A stretch of DNA of 63,141 bases, counting the filler, from Choristocarpus tenellus KU-1152 (lineage: Eukaryota; Protista; Phaeophyceae): NCBI GenBank assembly GCA_964200185.2. It is 9 parts of 9 records of this genome, joined end to end, with 100 filler letters (N's around TTAATTAATTAA, not from the genome) between each part and the next. Parts side by side here need not be neighbours in the genome. Positions count along the whole stretch, not along the records: positions 59,797 to 63,141 come from CAXNAD020020669.1; 8 more parts are not named here. The stretch is one strand, 5' to 3'. Made by a program: the position numbers and the translations under genes. The notes beneath the pieces were generated by a model. The model saw nothing but the letters and a program-made list of their open reading frames with translations. It was not told the origin of the DNA and did no database searches. This document shows positions 60,838 through 63,141 of the stretch, in pieces; within the stretch, counting starts at the first letter, position 1, and every line of letters starts with the position of its first letter.

Positions 60838-63141
60838 CTTTGGCAATGTTTTATTAATAAGCAAGGAGGTTTGTCCCTTTCCAGAGGTCGTGTGGGCTGA
60901 TGGATGCTGCAAGGGTTATAACGTGAAGTGCTATTTTTGTGACTACGTTGTTGAAAGGGGTTGAGGGATTGGGAAAGGATCTATTCTCACCAATGAGGGT
61001 TGTCGTAGGGTTCCGTTTTGGAGCTGTTTGCTTTTTATGCTAGACATGGCATATGCTGTGAGTGCTGGTGTGGTTTGTATTCTCCCAAAGTGTCCCTGTG
61101 TCACACCTTTTAAGATTACATTGGGCATAGGATTGGGGTTGGAAACATTGCGCTGGAAAAGTGCCCATTCAGCATACAGGTCCGAAGTGGATGTTTGTTG
61201 TTGTGTACCTCCTTTTAGAGGTTATATTCCTCACTTTGTGAGTACCTGCTAATTGTGTTCGGTTTGTCTATGTTGGCGGTTTGACGCAGTACGGAAGCAA
61301 TAAGCTAGTTACAGCTCCTCAAGATTCCATCGGTGGTGCTGAAGATTCCATCGGAGAGCAGTAGTCAAATGTTGAGGAAATGCGGGGTGATTTGAGAAAG
61401 AAGTGTAGGGGGAACAGAGGAGACGGGAAATCCTTCTTCTTGAAAAAGTAGCCACAAAGACAGATTGACTGACACAGTAGTGAAACCTGTCGTTAGCAAC
61501 AGATGTACTTTGATGTGTGTCTTGGTAATGTTCCGGTAAATGTTGTGGAGTCAGCCACAGGTGTGTGGACTGCCCCTGACTGAGGGCTGTGCGTGGTTTT
61601 GAGTTTATTTGGTCTACAGGTGATGGGTGGTAATCGTTGAAGCATTTTGGTGCGATAATGGCGAAAGGGTTGTTTGCTTAGAGCTGGGGTTCTCCAAGAA
61701 ATGTTTGTAGGGATTGGGATGTGGCCTCAACATATATTTGTGAACCTTTGGTAGGTGGGTGCCACTGCAGTTTGCTCAGCAGTAGAGGACAACTCCACTT
61801 ACGTAAACATGGGTTAGGTGCACTGAATGCATGCTGTGAGGTGGTTGAAGTATATGGTGCGGATAAGAATATCATAATTCCATAGTAGAATATGAGGTAT
61901 GTGGTTTGTTCCATCTTTCATGATGTGAGATATTGGGTGTAGTTGAAATGAAAGGGCAAGAGTATGCCTTGTTGGGCAATTTGACTTGGGATCAATCAAT
62001 ATGAGGCCCTCTTTTTTCTTTTTCAATTGTATGGCATGGGTGGGTGTGACCAACTACATAGTTCAGGAACAACAAACACATACGTTTGAGGTTGTTGCTG
62101 AAATCCTTGATGGGATGTGGGTATTCCAGTTGCAGTCAAGTTCGTTGTATAAGGATGCAGAGGGGAGGAGAGGAGATGTTTGTGTTGTTTTCTTTGCCTG
62201 CAGAGAGAAATACGGCATGTGCGCATATCAATGCCACTTGCTTGTGTGTAGGACTGGGCTCCTCTTTTGGAAAGTGGCTCATGCATGCACTTCAATGAGC
62301 TCAGTCTCGCCAGTGCTGCAGAGAGACGACACCACCCCTTGGGTTGCCAGGTATTCAGTTGTTGGCCTCGCTGCCTTTCATATTATGCACTTGTCACCAA
62401 CCCCTTCATTATGGAGCAAGCAAACCCTTCGTGTTGATTGCTGCTCAAATTATCCATGAACAAACATGATAGTTATGAGAGTGGGAAGGTAAGTAGTTGG
62501 GCTGCTGTTTTGTACACACCCGTGTTTGGTCCAGGTTAAGTTGAGCTGAGTAGGAGGCATTCATCGTATTTTTTATGTACCGTTTTTGTTTTGGGGTTAA
62601 TTGTTGTAAATGTAACCGTGCTTTCTACTACATGCATCCCTTGACCCATTTTGGGAAAATACCGATTGTGAAGGTGCGTACATTATCATAACCCTTTTCA
62701 TCAGGGATCTATCTGCAGGGTGAACGACCCAAACAGCTTAGCTACTCAAGACACTACGTTTTTTTCTATCTTTATTACAGTGTGGTGACTATCCTAGCCC
62801 ATGTCAGGGGAACTATTAATACACACTGTGCTACTTCTAGTACCAACTACTGCAACAATGAATAATCGTTACACTAGAACCAATTTTACCAACTCTGTTA
62901 GTGCCTTGCTTCTCGTGTGCGGGGTTAGCCATCCAACCGCTTGTTGCTCTGCCTCATTCCTTGACTCCTGTGCTGAACCCGCCCCAGCATCAGTCACCAA
63001 TGAAGTCATGTCATTTCGTTCTTGGCACAGCATTTTGTGGTGTTACAATGGATAAATAGAACAGTAAAGAACAGGTCTTTCTCAAAATTGAGGATGGTGC
63101 AAGACTATGAGGATGGTTGTTTTGCGAAAACGGTCTTAAAA

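Noticed and set aside
61700-62460. Several overlapping ORFs downstream of the cullin exon
   Set aside because: No motif recognised. Probably a decayed repeat or intergenic DNA.

Overview
Eukaryotic nuclear DNA, most likely from a brown alga or close ochrophyte relative. This is inferred from spliceosomal introns, a signal peptide + ASAF-type plastid pre-sequence, and an Ectocarpus-type 'DFAAVKLD..G.E.WRWQ' repeat exon. The window is not one locus: it is nine contigs joined by eight artificial 100-nt linkers (N44-TTAATTAATTAA-N44), so gene neighbourhoods are meaningful only within a contig. Host genes recognised from spliced exons: TRAPPC11 (first 4 exons, including a GC-AG intron), a small 2-exon plastid-targeted protein, a beta-propeller repeat exon, a >500-codon terminal exon with a long Gln-X dipeptide tract, tRNA-Gly(GCC), an ERG8-type phosphomevalonate kinase head-to-head with an apparent FANCA homologue, and a cullin last exon. 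The rest is transposon-rich: three related MITE families sharing an AAAGTATCT terminal core (3-4 bp TSDs, Sola2-like), a hAT MITE, a pogo-like element with a PIP-box remnant, an LTR retroelement with tRNA-Gln primer sites in tandem (LTR-int-LTR-int) arrangement, and decayed IS630/Tc1/mariner transposases. The most notable observation is the FANCA-like gene far outside animals. All homology calls come from remembered family motifs, not database searches.
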